Assembly: GCA_037140175.1 (NCBI GenBank)
Contig: JBAXEY010000003.1
Span: forward strand, 1-47,256
From: a bacterium
GTDB lineage: Bacteria; Patescibacteriota; CPR2; UBA1875; CAIMLA01
Direction: 5' to 3'
DNA: 47,256 nt
Shown: one piece after another, positions 29,525 to 39,885 of the stretch
Numbering within the stretch: the stretch's first letter is position 1
How the letters are laid out: every line of letters starts with the position of its first letter
Made by a program: the position numbers and the translations under genes
The notes under the pieces: generated by a model
What the model was told of the DNA's origin: nothing
What the model saw: the letters and a program-made list of their open reading frames with translations, nothing else
Databases searched by the model: none

Positions 29525-30988
29525 ATGCAAAATATTACAATCAAAGAATTGAATAAAAAATTTGAACAAAAAAAAGACAACTCTTCTTTTTACGTAAAAT
29601 CGTTTCTCAAAAGGATTGACGAAGTCGAAGACAACATTAATGCTTTCGTCACGGTGACAGCTCCTGAGGGATTAGTCTCTGCTAGAGAATCTGACCAGAG
29701 AATAGAAACCAATAAAAGACGGAGTAAGGTAGATGGAGTCCCCGCCGGGATAAAAGACGTTCTTTGTACAAGAAACATTCGGACAACGGCTGCCAGTATA
29801 ATGCTAGATACATTTATTCCGATTTTTGATGCTACGGTCGTAAAAAAGCTGAAAGATGCAGGGTGCGTCATTATTGGTAAGAATAATTGTGATGCTTGGG
29901 CGCACGGAGCCTCAACAGAAAACTCAGATTATGGAGTCGCCAAGAATCCTTGGGATCTATCCCGAGTGTCTGGGGGATCTTCAGGTGGGTCTGCGGCTGC
30001 TGTCTCAGCTGGAGAATGTGTTTTCTCTATTGGTAGCGACACTGGGGGCTCAATCCGTCAGCCTTCAGCTTTTTGTGGTGTGGTCGGGCTCAAGCCAACC
30101 TATGGTCGGGTTTCGCGATATGGGCTAATCGCAATGGGTTCATCCCTAGATTGCGTTGGACCAATTGCGAACACTAGCGAAGATATTGCCACGGTAATGG
30201 AAATAATAGCAGGACATGATGAAAAGGATGCGACGACAGTTGAGACGCCAGTCCCTGAATATAGTGAAGGTTTGAATAATTCAATCAAAGGAAAAAAAAT
30301 TGGTTGGGTTAGTGAATTTTCAGATATGGGGTTGGACAGAGAAATTACGGAAGCGTTAGCGAAGGCTCGTTGTGAATACGAAAAACTTGGAGCAGAATTT
30401 ATCGAGATAAATTTACCTCATGCTAAATATGGGATCTCTGTCTATTATTTGATCCAACCTGCAGAGGTAAGCTCAAATCTGGGTCGGTATGATGGTATAA
30501 AATATGGTTTTAGTGCTGACAAAAGCGAGAATCTGATTGATCATTATTTCAAGTCGCGCGATAAGGGTTTAGGGAGAGAGGCCAAAAGAAGAATTATGTT
30601 AGGGACCTTTGTTCTTTCGTCAGGATACTATGATGCCTATTATAACAAAGCTATGAAGGTAAGAACCCTAATCAAGGAGGACTTTGCAAAAGCCTTCGAG
30701 AAAGTTGATTGTATCTTGGCTCCGGTCACCCCCACAACTGCCTTTAGAATCGGCGAGAAAGATCAGGATCCGCTTCAAATGTATATGGCGGACATTTTTA
30801 CTGCTCTCGTAAATCTCTCTGGCAACCCAGCACTTTCATTGCCTTGTGGGCATGATAACCACAAGCTTCCGATTGGAATGCAGATAATAGGAAGAAACTT
30901 TGATGAAGAAACGATTTTGAATTTTGGTCACCAATATGAAAAGGCGACCGAAAAAGAAACATGGCGTAATTTAAAAACAGTTTTATAG
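29525..30988 (+). CDS. gatA: Asp/Glu-tRNA amidotransferase subunit A
   Basis: GGSSGGSAAAV, GSDTGGSIRQP, SSNLGRYDG. Confidence 0.97.
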   Translation: MQNITIKELNKKFEQKKDNSSFYVKSFLKRIDEVEDNINAFVTVTAPEGLVSARESDQRIETNKRRSKVDGVPAGIKDVLCTRNIRTTAASIMLDTFIPIFDATVVKKLKDAGCVIIGKNNCDAWAHGASTENSDYGVAKNPWDLSRVSGGSSGGSAAAVSAGECVFSIGSDTGGSIRQPSAFCGVVGLKPTYGRVSRYGLIAMGSSLDCVGPIANTSEDIATVMEIIAGHDEKDATTVETPVPEYSEGLNNSIKGKKIGWVSEFSDMGLDREITEALAKARCEYEKLGAEFIEINLPHAKYGISVYYLIQPAEVSSNLGRYDGIKYGFSADKSENLIDHYFKSRDKGLGREAKRRIMLGTFVLSSGYYDAYYNKAMKVRTLIKEDFAKAFEKVDCILAPVTPTTAFRIGEKDQDPLQMYMADIFTALVNLSGNPALSLPCGHDNHKLPIGMQIIGRNFDEETILNFGHQYEKATEKETWRNLKTVL

Positions 30989-30995
30989 GAGAAAA

Positions 30996-31754
30996 ATGGG
31001 CAAAGCACAAAAATTAAAAGAACAACGAAAATTAGAGAGGGAACAAAAACAAGTAAAGAAAAAAAACCGGAAGAAATTGATAGTTCGGATAGTCTTGGGA
31101 TTTTTTCTGCTACTTATTGTATTTTCCGTAATATTTTTTGGTAAAACATATATCAAAAACAATTGGTTTAACAAAGACAAAGCAACGAAAAGCGAGCAAA
31201 CAAAGGAGAAAGAAGTGAAAAATACAGAAAAAAAATACGACAAGGCCCCAGAAATGACGATTGATAAAAATAAAAAATATATAGCTAAGTTTGAGACAAG
31301 TAAGGGCAATTTTAGTGCAGATCTAGATGCAAAAAATGTTCCAGTTGCTGTAAATAATTTTGTCTTTCTTTCAAAGGATAAATTTTATGATGATCTGTCT
31401 TTTCATCGCATTGTGAAGGATTTTATGATCCAGGGTGGGGACCCCAAAGGAGATGGGACTGGTGGACCAGGATATAAATTTGATGATGAGAAAGTAGTTG
31501 GGGATTATTCGCCGGGAGTACTGGCTATGGCTAACTCTGGAGCCAATACCAATGGCTCACAGTTTTTTATTATGACGGGCGACTATTCAAACGGCAAATT
31601 ACCTAAAAATTATGTAATTTTCGGCAAAGTTATATCAGGAATGGATGTGGTCAAAAAAATTGCCGAAACACCAACAACTGCGAATGGGAGTGGCGAGCAG
31701 TCAAAACCCAATGAAAAGGTAATTATTAATAAAGTCACAATCGAGGAAAAATAA
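30996..31754 (+). CDS. Membrane-anchored cyclophilin-type PPIase
   Basis: FHRIVKDFMIQGGDP, AMANSG.NTNGSQFFI, N-terminal TM. Confidence 0.93.
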   Translation: MGKAQKLKEQRKLEREQKQVKKKNRKKLIVRIVLGFFLLLIVFSVIFFGKTYIKNNWFNKDKATKSEQTKEKEVKNTEKKYDKAPEMTIDKNKKYIAKFETSKGNFSADLDAKNVPVAVNNFVFLSKDKFYDDLSFHRIVKDFMIQGGDPKGDGTGGPGYKFDDEKVVGDYSPGVLAMANSGANTNGSQFFIMTGDYSNGKLPKNYVIFGKVISGMDVVKKIAETPTTANGSGEQSKPNEKVIINKVTIEEK

Positions 31755-32204
31755 ATGATTCAGACGGCCATTGTTGCATTTGTCGCCTTTATCCTAGCCT
31801 ATGTTATGGCCTTATTGATTTTGAGAAAGAAAAATAGGAAAGTGTTTCAGGAAAACCAATCTGTCAGATTGGATAAAATATTTGTTCAGAACAAATGGAT
31901 TGAAATCGAACAAACTTTTAACTTATCGGGGCCGAGTCATTTTAAGACCAGCATTATGGAAGCTGACAAACTGGTAGATTATGTTCTTAAAGGAAAAAAA
32001 GTAAGAGGAACAACCTTTGGGGAAAGATTAAAAAACGCGAAATCGGAATTTTCCAATTTCTCTGATTACAACAATCTTTGGTTTGCCCATAAGGTTAGGA
32101 ATAATATCGTTCACGAGTCAACGCACGACCTAAGCTCCTCTGAGGTGAAAAGGGCGATCGAGTACTATAAAAAAGCTCTGAGAGAGTTAGGAGCTTTATC
32201 ATGA
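31755..32204 (+). CDS. Membrane-anchored hypothetical protein with HEPN-like RxxxxH motif
   Basis: N-terminal TM; EADKL..., GERLK, AHKVRNNIVHE. Confidence 0.7.
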   Translation: MIQTAIVAFVAFILAYVMALLILRKKNRKVFQENQSVRLDKIFVQNKWIEIEQTFNLSGPSHFKTSIMEADKLVDYVLKGKKVRGTTFGERLKNAKSEFSNFSDYNNLWFAHKVRNNIVHESTHDLSSSEVKRAIEYYKKALRELGALS

Positions 32205-33682
32205 CTAAATACGAAACAGTTATTGGGCTAGAGATACATGCTCAGCTAAAGACCGAGAGCAAGATGTTTTGTTCCTGTGATAATTATTCAGTTGACGCTA
32301 AACCCAACGAAAATACTTGTCAAGTCTGTCTAGGAATGCCGGGAACACTACCTGTGCCCAACAAGAGAGCGATCGAATGGACCTATCTTTTAGGGCTTGC
32401 TCTAGGCGGCAAAATAGCAGCAAAGTTCAATTTTGAACGTAAAAATTACTTTTATCCTGACTTGCCGAAAGCATACCAGATTACTTCGAGTACAACACCA
32501 CCAGTGATTGGTGGAGTTGTTGAGGTTGAAAATGAGGGAACCTTGAGAAAGGTAAGAATTAATCACATCCATCTAGAGGAAGACGCAGGCAAGCTCGTCC
32601 ACCCTAGGACGGGTGATTACAGCTTAGTCGACTTGAATCGAGCCGGCACTCCTTTATTGGAAATTGTTACAGAACCTGATATGAGATCACCTCGTGAGGC
32701 GAGTGTTTTTATGCAAGACTTGCGATCGATTCTAAAGTATCTTGGTATCTCAGATGCTAATATGGAGCAAGGGAACTTAAGATGTGACGCAAATATTTCT
32801 ATTCGAAAGTTCGGAGAGGAGAAGCTAGGTACCAAGGTTGAAATAAAAAATATGAATTCCTTCAAAATGATTGAGCGAGCACTCGAATATGAAATCAAAA
32901 GACAGACAGAATGTCTACTGGAGAACAAAAATATTGTTCAAGAAACTCGAGGTTGGGATGATGCCAAGGGGAAAACTTTGGCCCAGAGAAGCAAAGAAGA
33001 AGCCAACGACTATCGCTATTTCCCCGAACCTGACATTCCGCCGATAGAGCCGTATCTAGGTAGGGCGATTGATTTGGATGAAATCAAAACCTGGTTACCC
33101 GAATTGCCAAAAGTCAAAAGGCTTAGATTCGAAGCAGAATATGATCTACCTAGCCAAAGCGCAGCGACTCTTACTAGTGATCTAAACTTGGCAAGATATT
33201 TTGAACAAACACTTGCAGAAATACCCGAAATAACGGAGAACGATGAGATTAAGAAGCAAAAGGCCCGAAAGGTTGCTAACTGGATTATTGGGGAGCTTCT
33301 GGCTAAACTAAATAATGCAAACATTGGAATAGATGATTGTTTGATCGACCATAAAGACTTGGCTAAATTGCTAGAAAAGACTGAGAGCGGGGAAATCAGT
33401 GGTAAGATTGCTAAGGAGATTCTTGCTGAAATGTTTGAGACCGGCAAGAGTACCGATGAAATAATAAAGATAAAAGGTTTATCTCAGATTAGTGACGCCA
33501 ACAAGGTGGAGGAAATAATTAAATCTGTGATTGCGGAGAATGATGGTCCTGTTCAAGACTATAAACAAGGAAAAGAAAAGGCTTTTGGATTTTTGATAGG
33601 GCAAGTTATGGCCAAGACGCAAGGTCAAGCCAACCCTCAGGTTGTAAATAGAATATTAAAAGAACATTTGAACAAGGAGTAA
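32201..33682 (+). CDS. gatB: Asp/Glu-tRNA amidotransferase subunit B
   Basis: IGLEIH, RKNYFYPDLPK, HLEEDAGK, DYRYFPEPD. Confidence 0.97.
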   Translation: MTKYETVIGLEIHAQLKTESKMFCSCDNYSVDAKPNENTCQVCLGMPGTLPVPNKRAIEWTYLLGLALGGKIAAKFNFERKNYFYPDLPKAYQITSSTTPPVIGGVVEVENEGTLRKVRINHIHLEEDAGKLVHPRTGDYSLVDLNRAGTPLLEIVTEPDMRSPREASVFMQDLRSILKYLGISDANMEQGNLRCDANISIRKFGEEKLGTKVEIKNMNSFKMIERALEYEIKRQTECLLENKNIVQETRGWDDAKGKTLAQRSKEEANDYRYFPEPDIPPIEPYLGRAIDLDEIKTWLPELPKVKRLRFEAEYDLPSQSAATLTSDLNLARYFEQTLAEIPEITENDEIKKQKARKVANWIIGELLAKLNNANIGIDDCLIDHKDLAKLLEKTESGEISGKIAKEILAEMFETGKSTDEIIKIKGLSQISDANKVEEIIKSVIAENDGPVQDYKQGKEKAFGFLIGQVMAKTQGQANPQVVNRILKEHLNKE

Positions 33683-33683
33683 G

Positions 33684-34235
33684 ATGGATATATTAAACGC
33701 CTTTCTACAGCCTTTTGTTACATTGGCCCCCAAAATACCAAATGCGATTATAAATCTTGTTATCGGTTACCTTATCATCAAAATAGTGATCTATATTCTA
33801 AAAAAATCACTAAGATATATGAGACTGACAAAATCTGTCCTAGGGCTGTTAGTCGCCTGTTGTAGTGCTTTTTTATGGGCTTTTTTGGCAATGCACCTAC
33901 TAGAAATTTTGGGCTTGAGCAGCCTTATCGTATTAATCTCCGGCTCTGCTGTGTTTTTGGGCTTTATTCTCAATCAAGGTTTGGCCCAAACAATTAGTGA
34001 TATTGCATCAAGCGTTTCATTGGCACGTGACAAAGACTTTAGAATTGGCTCAATAGTCTCACTAAATGAAGGCAAGACAGTCGGAGAGATCGTTGCTCTT
34101 GACATGAGAAAGGTTAGAATTTTGGCCAAAAACGGTAAATTACATGTCGTTCCTAACTCACTTGTAGACAAGGGCGAATGGATATTGCTGGAAAGACCAC
34201 CAAAACATGAAAGTCATAAACCAAAAAAACAATGA
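33684..34235 (+). CDS. Short MscS-family mechanosensitive channel
   Basis: Several TMs followed by FRIG..V...G.IV...R......G....VPNS. Confidence 0.8.
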   Translation: MDILNAFLQPFVTLAPKIPNAIINLVIGYLIIKIVIYILKKSLRYMRLTKSVLGLLVACCSAFLWAFLAMHLLEILGLSSLIVLISGSAVFLGFILNQGLAQTISDIASSVSLARDKDFRIGSIVSLNEGKTVGEIVALDMRKVRILAKNGKLHVVPNSLVDKGEWILLERPPKHESHKPKKQ

Positions 34236-34839
34236 TCCTTGGGCTGAAACAGAGCTAGCATTTAAGGAAGATACCTCATCTGGATACAAAATGGCCTGCC
34301 TAGAAGCTGAAAAAGTTTTTAAGTCCACTTTAAGAGACAAAGGCTATCCATCGAAGAACATAAATCAAACAATATTATATTTTGGCTGGCGCGTGTCGGA
34401 CAAGAATGGGCTAAAAAAAGCACTAACCAAGACGGCCCAAATCAGGGAAACTTTTGACTATCAGCTATCGAGCTTTGAAACGGAAGATATCATTGCTTCC
34501 TTCAAGCAGGCGAGTATAGATTTCTCAGAAAAAAAATCACTATCTTGGCAGAGAAAAGTAGCGCTTTTTTATAAAAATTACCTCTCGATTCGTACTTCTT
34601 TTCTGAAAAAGTTAATAATTACAGTCCTGCTATTTTTCTTGACTGTTAAATTTCTTTCCAGAACAGACCTTGGACACAAAATCGTCAATTTGGTTGTTGA
34701 TATTTCTGATTTATTCTTTTCTTGGTTTATGATTGTTTTAGCTTTGTTGTTAGTGATTTTGCTGATAACAATTATTTCTTTTGCTTTTCTAGAAAGCAAA
34801 AAGACAAAACCAAAAGAAAGTAGTGAAAAAAGGACTTGA
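34207..34839 (+). CDS. Hypothetical protein with two C-terminal TMs
   Basis: 210-aa ORF; N-terminal region resembles 31755..32204. Confidence 0.7.
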   Translation: MKVINQKNNDPWAETELAFKEDTSSGYKMACLEAEKVFKSTLRDKGYPSKNINQTILYFGWRVSDKNGLKKALTKTAQIRETFDYQLSSFETEDIIASFKQASIDFSEKKSLSWQRKVALFYKNYLSIRTSFLKKLIITVLLFFLTVKFLSRTDLGHKIVNLVVDISDLFFSWFMIVLALLLVILLITIISFAFLESKKTKPKESSEKRT

Positions 34840-34925
34840 GACAATCGAGTTAAATCTTTAAAATAATATTAGTTGGGATGAATTGATCTTTAAAGGAAGG
34901 CCATTCTCTTGTTGGGGGCCTTTTT
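34836..34925 (+). promoter_or_regulatory. Promoter plus leader hairpin/T-tract upstream of dnaE
   Basis: TTGAGA-17-TAAAAT, then AAGGCC...GGCCTTTTT before the SD. Confidence 0.5.
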
Positions 34926-34949
34926 AACTTGAAAGAGGGGATATAAACG

Positions 34950-37900
34950 TTGGCAAAAACAAAAACAAAATTTATTCATTTACACGTTCATACCCACTAT
35001 TCTTTACTCGACGGCATGGGGAAAATCCCAGATTATTTAGATAAAGCAAAGCAATTAGATATGCCCGCTCTCGCCATTACGGATCATGGAGTCATGTACG
35101 GGGCGATTGAATTTTATAAAGCAGCAAAAAAAAGAGACATCAAGCCGATTATCGGCTGTGAATGTTATGTTGCTCCGAGAAAACTCACTGATAAAACGGC
35201 CAGGATTGATACTAAGCCGTTTCATTTGGTTTTGCTAGCTAAAAACTTTGTTGGTTATCAGAATTTAATGCAATTAGTCACGACAGCTCATTTGGATGGG
35301 TATTACTACAAGCCCAGGGTTGATAAAGATTTATTGAAACTTCATTCTGAGGGTTTGATTGCTCTCTCAGCCTGTTTGCAGGGCGAGGTTGCCTCCCAGA
35401 TTGTTAATGTAAACCGTGAAGCAGCAAAAAAGGCTGCCCTTCAATACAATGAAATATTTGGACAGGATAATTTTTATTTAGAGTTGCAGGACCACCCCGA
35501 CCTGCCGGAACAGAAATTAGTTAATGATGAATTAATAAAGCTTTCTGGGGAGACAGGAATCCCACTAGTTGCTACTAACGACGTCCATTATGCGAACCTG
35601 GATGACGCCGAAGCGCAAGATGTCTTGATTTGTGTCCAGACCGGTAAGCTTGTTTCTGACGAAGACAGAATGCACATGACAACCGATAATAGTCTTCGCG
35701 ACATCGAAAACATGGAAAGAGCTTTCGGCCATGTGCCAGAAGCGCTGGAAAATACTCTCAAAATTGCAGATAAATGTAATTTGGAGCTTGATTTGGGCGG
35801 GATATTGATTCCAGATTTTCCTGTGCCGGATGGCTTTACTTTGCGTACCTATCTTGAAAAATTAGTTGATGAAGGGATAAAAGAGCGCTATGAGACTATC
35901 TCGCCAGAGATCAAAGATCGAATAAAATACGAACTCTCGGTCATAGAGAAAATGGCCTATGAAGGTTATTTTTTGATTGTCGCTGATTATGTGAATTGGG
36001 CCAAAGACAACGGTATTGTTGTCGGTCCAGGCCGTGGTTCTGGGGCTGGCTCTATTATTGCTTATGCTTTAAAAATTGTTGATATTGATCCGATCAAATA
36101 CGACCTTCTTTTTGAGAGGTTTTTGAATCCAGATCGAATCTCAATGCCTGACTTTGATATTGATTTTGCCGACGATCGTAGACACGAAGTGATTAAATAT
36201 GTTACCGGTAAATATGGACAAGACCACGTTGCTCAGATTATTACCTTTGGAACAATGGCGGCCAGAAATGCGATTCGAGACGTAGGTCGGGTTCTTGGGA
36301 TTAGCTATGCGGAGGTTGATAAAATTGCAAAGTCAATTCCAGAAAAAATGAATCTCGGAGAAGCCATCATTAATTCACCCGAGCTCTCTGGCTATGCTAG
36401 AGAAAACGATAGTTATCGGAAGCTAATCAATCTCGCCACAAAGCTGGAAGGCGTAGCTAGGCACTCTTCTACTCACGCGGCCGGAGTGGTTATTTCGAAA
36501 GAGCCACTGGTCCAATACGCGCCACTCCAAAAGGCGACCAAGGGTGAGCTAGCGATTAATACTCAATATGATATGGGTAGCCTAGAGAGCATTGGTCTGT
36601 TGAAAATGGACTTTCTGGGCCTTTCTAACCTAACAATTATCAAAAATACGATGAGAATTGTTAAAAAAGTTTATGGCGAAGAGGTCGATATCTACAGTAT
36701 CCCGATGGATGATAAAAAGACATTCAACCTATTAAGTAGGGGGGATACAACCGGGGTTTTCCAACTGGAATCAGCTGGAATGAAACGTTATATCAAAGAG
36801 TTAAAGCCAACCGCTTTTGAAGATATTATTGCAATGGTAGCCCTTTACAGACCAGGGCCAATGCAATTTATTGATGATTTTATTTCAAGGAAGCATGGTC
36901 GAAAGAAAATCCATTATGACCACCCTTTGATGGAAAACGCCCTAGATAACACCTATGGAATTATAGTTTACCAGGAGCAACTGATGCAGGTCGCCAAAGA
37001 TATGGCCGGTTTTTCTGGTGGAGATGCTGACACTCTCCGCAAAGCGATGGGTAAAAAAATAGCTGATTTGATGAAGAAAATGCGTGAAAAATTTATTACA
37101 GGGTCAGTTAAAAATGGAGTCGAAGAAAAAATTGCAATCAAGATTTTTAATGATTTTGAGAATTTTGCCCAATATGCATTCAACAAATCACATGCTTCCT
37201 GTTATGCTCTTATCTCATATTGGACCGCTTATCTGAAGGCTCATTATCCAGCGCCATTTATGGCGGCCCTATTGACGAGTGATTATGGTAACTCTGATCG
37301 GATTGCAATTGAGATAGCCGAGTGTCAAAGAATGAAAATAGAAGTTTTCCCACCGGATGTAAATGAGTCCTTCTCTGAATTTGGAGTCGTTAAAGACACA
37401 GGTAAAATTCGCTTCGGTTTGTCTGCGGTAAAAAATGTTGGAATGGGTGTTATCGAAGCTATCCTGGAGGCTAGAAAAGAGGGAGACAAATTCACCTCGA
37501 TTGAGGATTTTGCTCGTCGCGTTAATGCTGGTGAACTAAACAAAAAAGTAATCGAGAGTTTAATAAAATGTGGGGCTTTTGATTCTTTGGGGGATAGACA
37601 GACCCTTCTTTATAATATGGAAAAAGTCTTAAATTTTGCTAGTTTAGCTCAGGGGCATGCTGCAAGTGGCCAAATTGATTTGTTTGGAGGTTCAGGGGTT
37701 TCTCTTCCGCCACTGAATTTAGAAAAACCTGATCAGGAGTTAACTACTAGGGAGAAGCTAAATTGGGAGAAAGAGCTTTTGGGTATCTATATTTCAGAGC
37801 ACCCAACGACTGAGTTTCGAAATGTTTTTTTAAGGGCGGGGGCAAATCCGATTAGTTCGATTAACGAGGAAATGTCGAATAAAAACGTCTTGGTTGGAGG

Positions 37901-38423
37901 TGTTATTACAATTATCCAAAAAATCCAAACTAGGACCAAAGAGGCGATGTATTTTGCTACGCTTGAAGACACTTCTGGCCAAATTGAGTTAATCGTTTTT
38001 CCCAAGACGATCAAACAATACCCCGATATCTGGGAAGTGGGAAAGCTTCTTGTTGTATCAGGTCGGGTCAATACCAAAGACAGTCAGGGGAATCAAAATA
38101 ATCAAATAAAAATAATTATAGAAAAAGCCAAAGAACTGGAGGGAAATTTGGAGGAATTAGAAATAAAAATAACTGACCCATTGATAACACAATCAGTCAA
38201 ACAAGAGAGCGATGGGACAATTAGTATCTATATACCGCGGGGGACATCAGCAGAGGCGCTAAATGACATTAAACGCCAATTGGCCTTAAATAAAGGTGAT
38301 TTTTCGGTCGTTGTTTATGTCCCAAACGGTGCAAGTGGACCTAAAAAAGTTCGTTTACCCTTTGGGATTAACTACACAACAACTTTGGCGGAAGATATAT
38401 GCAAAAGACTAGCCGCAAACTAA
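34950..38423 (+). CDS. dnaE: DNA polymerase III alpha subunit
   Basis: PHP motif HLHVHT.YSLLDG, GPGRGSGAGS, MPDFDIDF, YAFNKSH; TTG start after GAGGGG. Confidence 0.97.
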   Translation: MAKTKTKFIHLHVHTHYSLLDGMGKIPDYLDKAKQLDMPALAITDHGVMYGAIEFYKAAKKRDIKPIIGCECYVAPRKLTDKTARIDTKPFHLVLLAKNFVGYQNLMQLVTTAHLDGYYYKPRVDKDLLKLHSEGLIALSACLQGEVASQIVNVNREAAKKAALQYNEIFGQDNFYLELQDHPDLPEQKLVNDELIKLSGETGIPLVATNDVHYANLDDAEAQDVLICVQTGKLVSDEDRMHMTTDNSLRDIENMERAFGHVPEALENTLKIADKCNLELDLGGILIPDFPVPDGFTLRTYLEKLVDEGIKERYETISPEIKDRIKYELSVIEKMAYEGYFLIVADYVNWAKDNGIVVGPGRGSGAGSIIAYALKIVDIDPIKYDLLFERFLNPDRISMPDFDIDFADDRRHEVIKYVTGKYGQDHVAQIITFGTMAARNAIRDVGRVLGISYAEVDKIAKSIPEKMNLGEAIINSPELSGYARENDSYRKLINLATKLEGVARHSSTHAAGVVISKEPLVQYAPLQKATKGELAINTQYDMGSLESIGLLKMDFLGLSNLTIIKNTMRIVKKVYGEEVDIYSIPMDDKKTFNLLSRGDTTGVFQLESAGMKRYIKELKPTAFEDIIAMVALYRPGPMQFIDDFISRKHGRKKIHYDHPLMENALDNTYGIIVYQEQLMQVAKDMAGFSGGDADTLRKAMGKKIADLMKKMREKFITGSVKNGVEEKIAIKIFNDFENFAQYAFNKSHASCYALISYWTAYLKAHYPAPFMAALLTSDYGNSDRIAIEIAECQRMKIEVFPPDVNESFSEFGVVKDTGKIRFGLSAVKNVGMGVIEAILEARKEGDKFTSIEDFARRVNAGELNKKVIESLIKCGAFDSLGDRQTLLYNMEKVLNFASLAQGHAASGQIDLFGGSGVSLPPLNLEKPDQELTTREKLNWEKELLGIYISEHPTTEFRNVFLRAGANPISSINEEMSNKNVLVGGVITIIQKIQTRTKEAMYFATLEDTSGQIELIVFPKTIKQYPDIWEVGKLLVVSGRVNTKDSQGNQNNQIKIIIEKAKELEGNLEELEIKITDPLITQSVKQESDGTISIYIPRGTSAEALNDIKRQLALNKGDFSVVVYVPNGASGPKKVRLPFGINYTTTLAEDICKRLAAN

Positions 38424-38435
38424 ATATTATTTCCA

Positions 38436-38464
38436 TTGACTCAAAATCGATATTTGGCTATAAT
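38436..38464 (+). promoter_or_regulatory. Sigma70 promoter for rplS
   Basis: TTGACT-17 nt-TATAAT. Confidence 0.75.
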
Positions 38465-38539
38465 TAGTCTCGCGTTTATACTTTTATTGGGGCAGAGATA
38501 TACATACCTCTAGTAAAGGTCTAAGGAAAGGCCAGTCAC

Positions 38540-39181
38540 ATGATTAATAAAATAAATGAAAACCAACTCAAAAAAGTTCCGGAATTAGCCCCAGGCGATA
38601 CTGTTCGTGTCCATGCCAAAATTATAGAGGGCGCCAAGGAGCGTATTCAGATCTTCGAAGGAGTTGTTATCAGGGTTAAAGGCGACGGGGTCAACACTTC
38701 TTTTACGGTTAGAAAAATTTCTTATGGTGTCGGAGTGGAGAGACTTTTTTTACTGCACTCTCCAAAACTAACTAAAGTACAAATAGTAAAAAGAGCCAAA
38801 GTCCGTCGAGCATATTTAACATATTTGAGACAGCTTCGAGGCAAAAGCGCCAAGCTACACGATAAACAGTTCGATGCGTTAGCAGTTAATGTGAAGGAAG
38901 AAGAATTAAAGCCCGAAGAATTAGCGCCGCCAACTGTTGAAGCAGGTGAGGGCGATGAAGTCAAGAACGAATCAGTTAATTTATCGCTTGTAGAAAGCAC
39001 GGAAGACATTGCAGACGAGGAGACAAAATCAGAAGAGACAGCGGAGTTGGCTGACATAGATGAATCGGAAGCGCCTGAGGTGGAGGTTAACTCTGGGCTC
39101 GAAAAAGCTCAATCAGACGGAGAGAAGCGCGAAACTCATGAAGGTGATCAAGCGGAGAAGGAAACAGAAGAAACCGCATAA
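38540..39181 (+). CDS. rplS: 50S ribosomal protein L19 with long acidic tail
   Basis: GDTVRVH.KI.EG.KERIQ.FEG, FTVRKIS.GVGVER. Confidence 0.96.
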   Translation: MINKINENQLKKVPELAPGDTVRVHAKIIEGAKERIQIFEGVVIRVKGDGVNTSFTVRKISYGVGVERLFLLHSPKLTKVQIVKRAKVRRAYLTYLRQLRGKSAKLHDKQFDALAVNVKEEELKPEELAPPTVEAGEGDEVKNESVNLSLVESTEDIADEETKSEETAELADIDESEAPEVEVNSGLEKAQSDGEKRETHEGDQAEKETEETA

Positions 39182-39191
39182 ATTAGTTTGT

Positions 39192-39218
39192 AAAAAAAGA
39201 GCCGAAAGGTTCTTTTTT
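39192..39218 (+). terminator. Intrinsic terminator after rplS
   Basis: A-run AGAGCC-GAAA-GGTTCT T-run. Confidence 0.8.
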
Positions 39219-39264
39219 AGTACCATAAAATTAAGCTTAAGCAAATCGGTGTTATAATCAGATT

Positions 39265-39885
39265 ATGAAAAGAGAATCACCAGACATGAGTCAGGAGAAA
39301 GATCTCTGGCGTGGTGGAAGAAAGCTAATTGCCGGTATCGATGAAGTTGGCCGTGGAGCCTGGGCTGGCCCTGTGGTGGCCGCCTCTGTTGTATTCGGAC
39401 CTGATCATACTCAGCTAGAGTTGGTCAAAGATTCAAAGATGTTGACCTCCCTCCAGCGCGAAAAACTTTATTCTAAAATTGTTTCAGAATGTCTAGATTA
39501 TGGATTGGGCATTGTAAGTCACATTGTGATAGACCAAATTGGTATAGGCCAAGCAACCAAGCAAGCAATGCAAGAAGCCGTCACAAATCTGAAAAATTAT
39601 CCAGATTATATCTTGGTTGATGCGGTAAATCTTGATGGTTATTGTGATTGTGACTATCAGGCCATAATAAAGGGGGATCAAAAAATATATTCAATTTCTT
39701 GCGCCTCTATTATTGCGAAAGTAAATCGAGATCGACAGATGTCCTCCCTAGATGAAAAATATAAACATTATAAATTCGAACTTCATAAAGGCTACGGGAC
39801 AAAGATACACCAGGAGGCATTACTTGAATATGGGCCATGTGATTTACATCGATATTCATACCGACCTATTGGAAAATTAATATGA
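39265..39885 (+). CDS. rnhB: Ribonuclease HII
   Basis: GIDEVGRG..AGPV, DSK, KGD, ASIIAKV.RD, HKGYGT. Confidence 0.96.
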   Translation: MKRESPDMSQEKDLWRGGRKLIAGIDEVGRGAWAGPVVAASVVFGPDHTQLELVKDSKMLTSLQREKLYSKIVSECLDYGLGIVSHIVIDQIGIGQATKQAMQEAVTNLKNYPDYILVDAVNLDGYCDCDYQAIIKGDQKIYSISCASIIAKVNRDRQMSSLDEKYKHYKFELHKGYGTKIHQEALLEYGPCDLHRYSYRPIGKLI

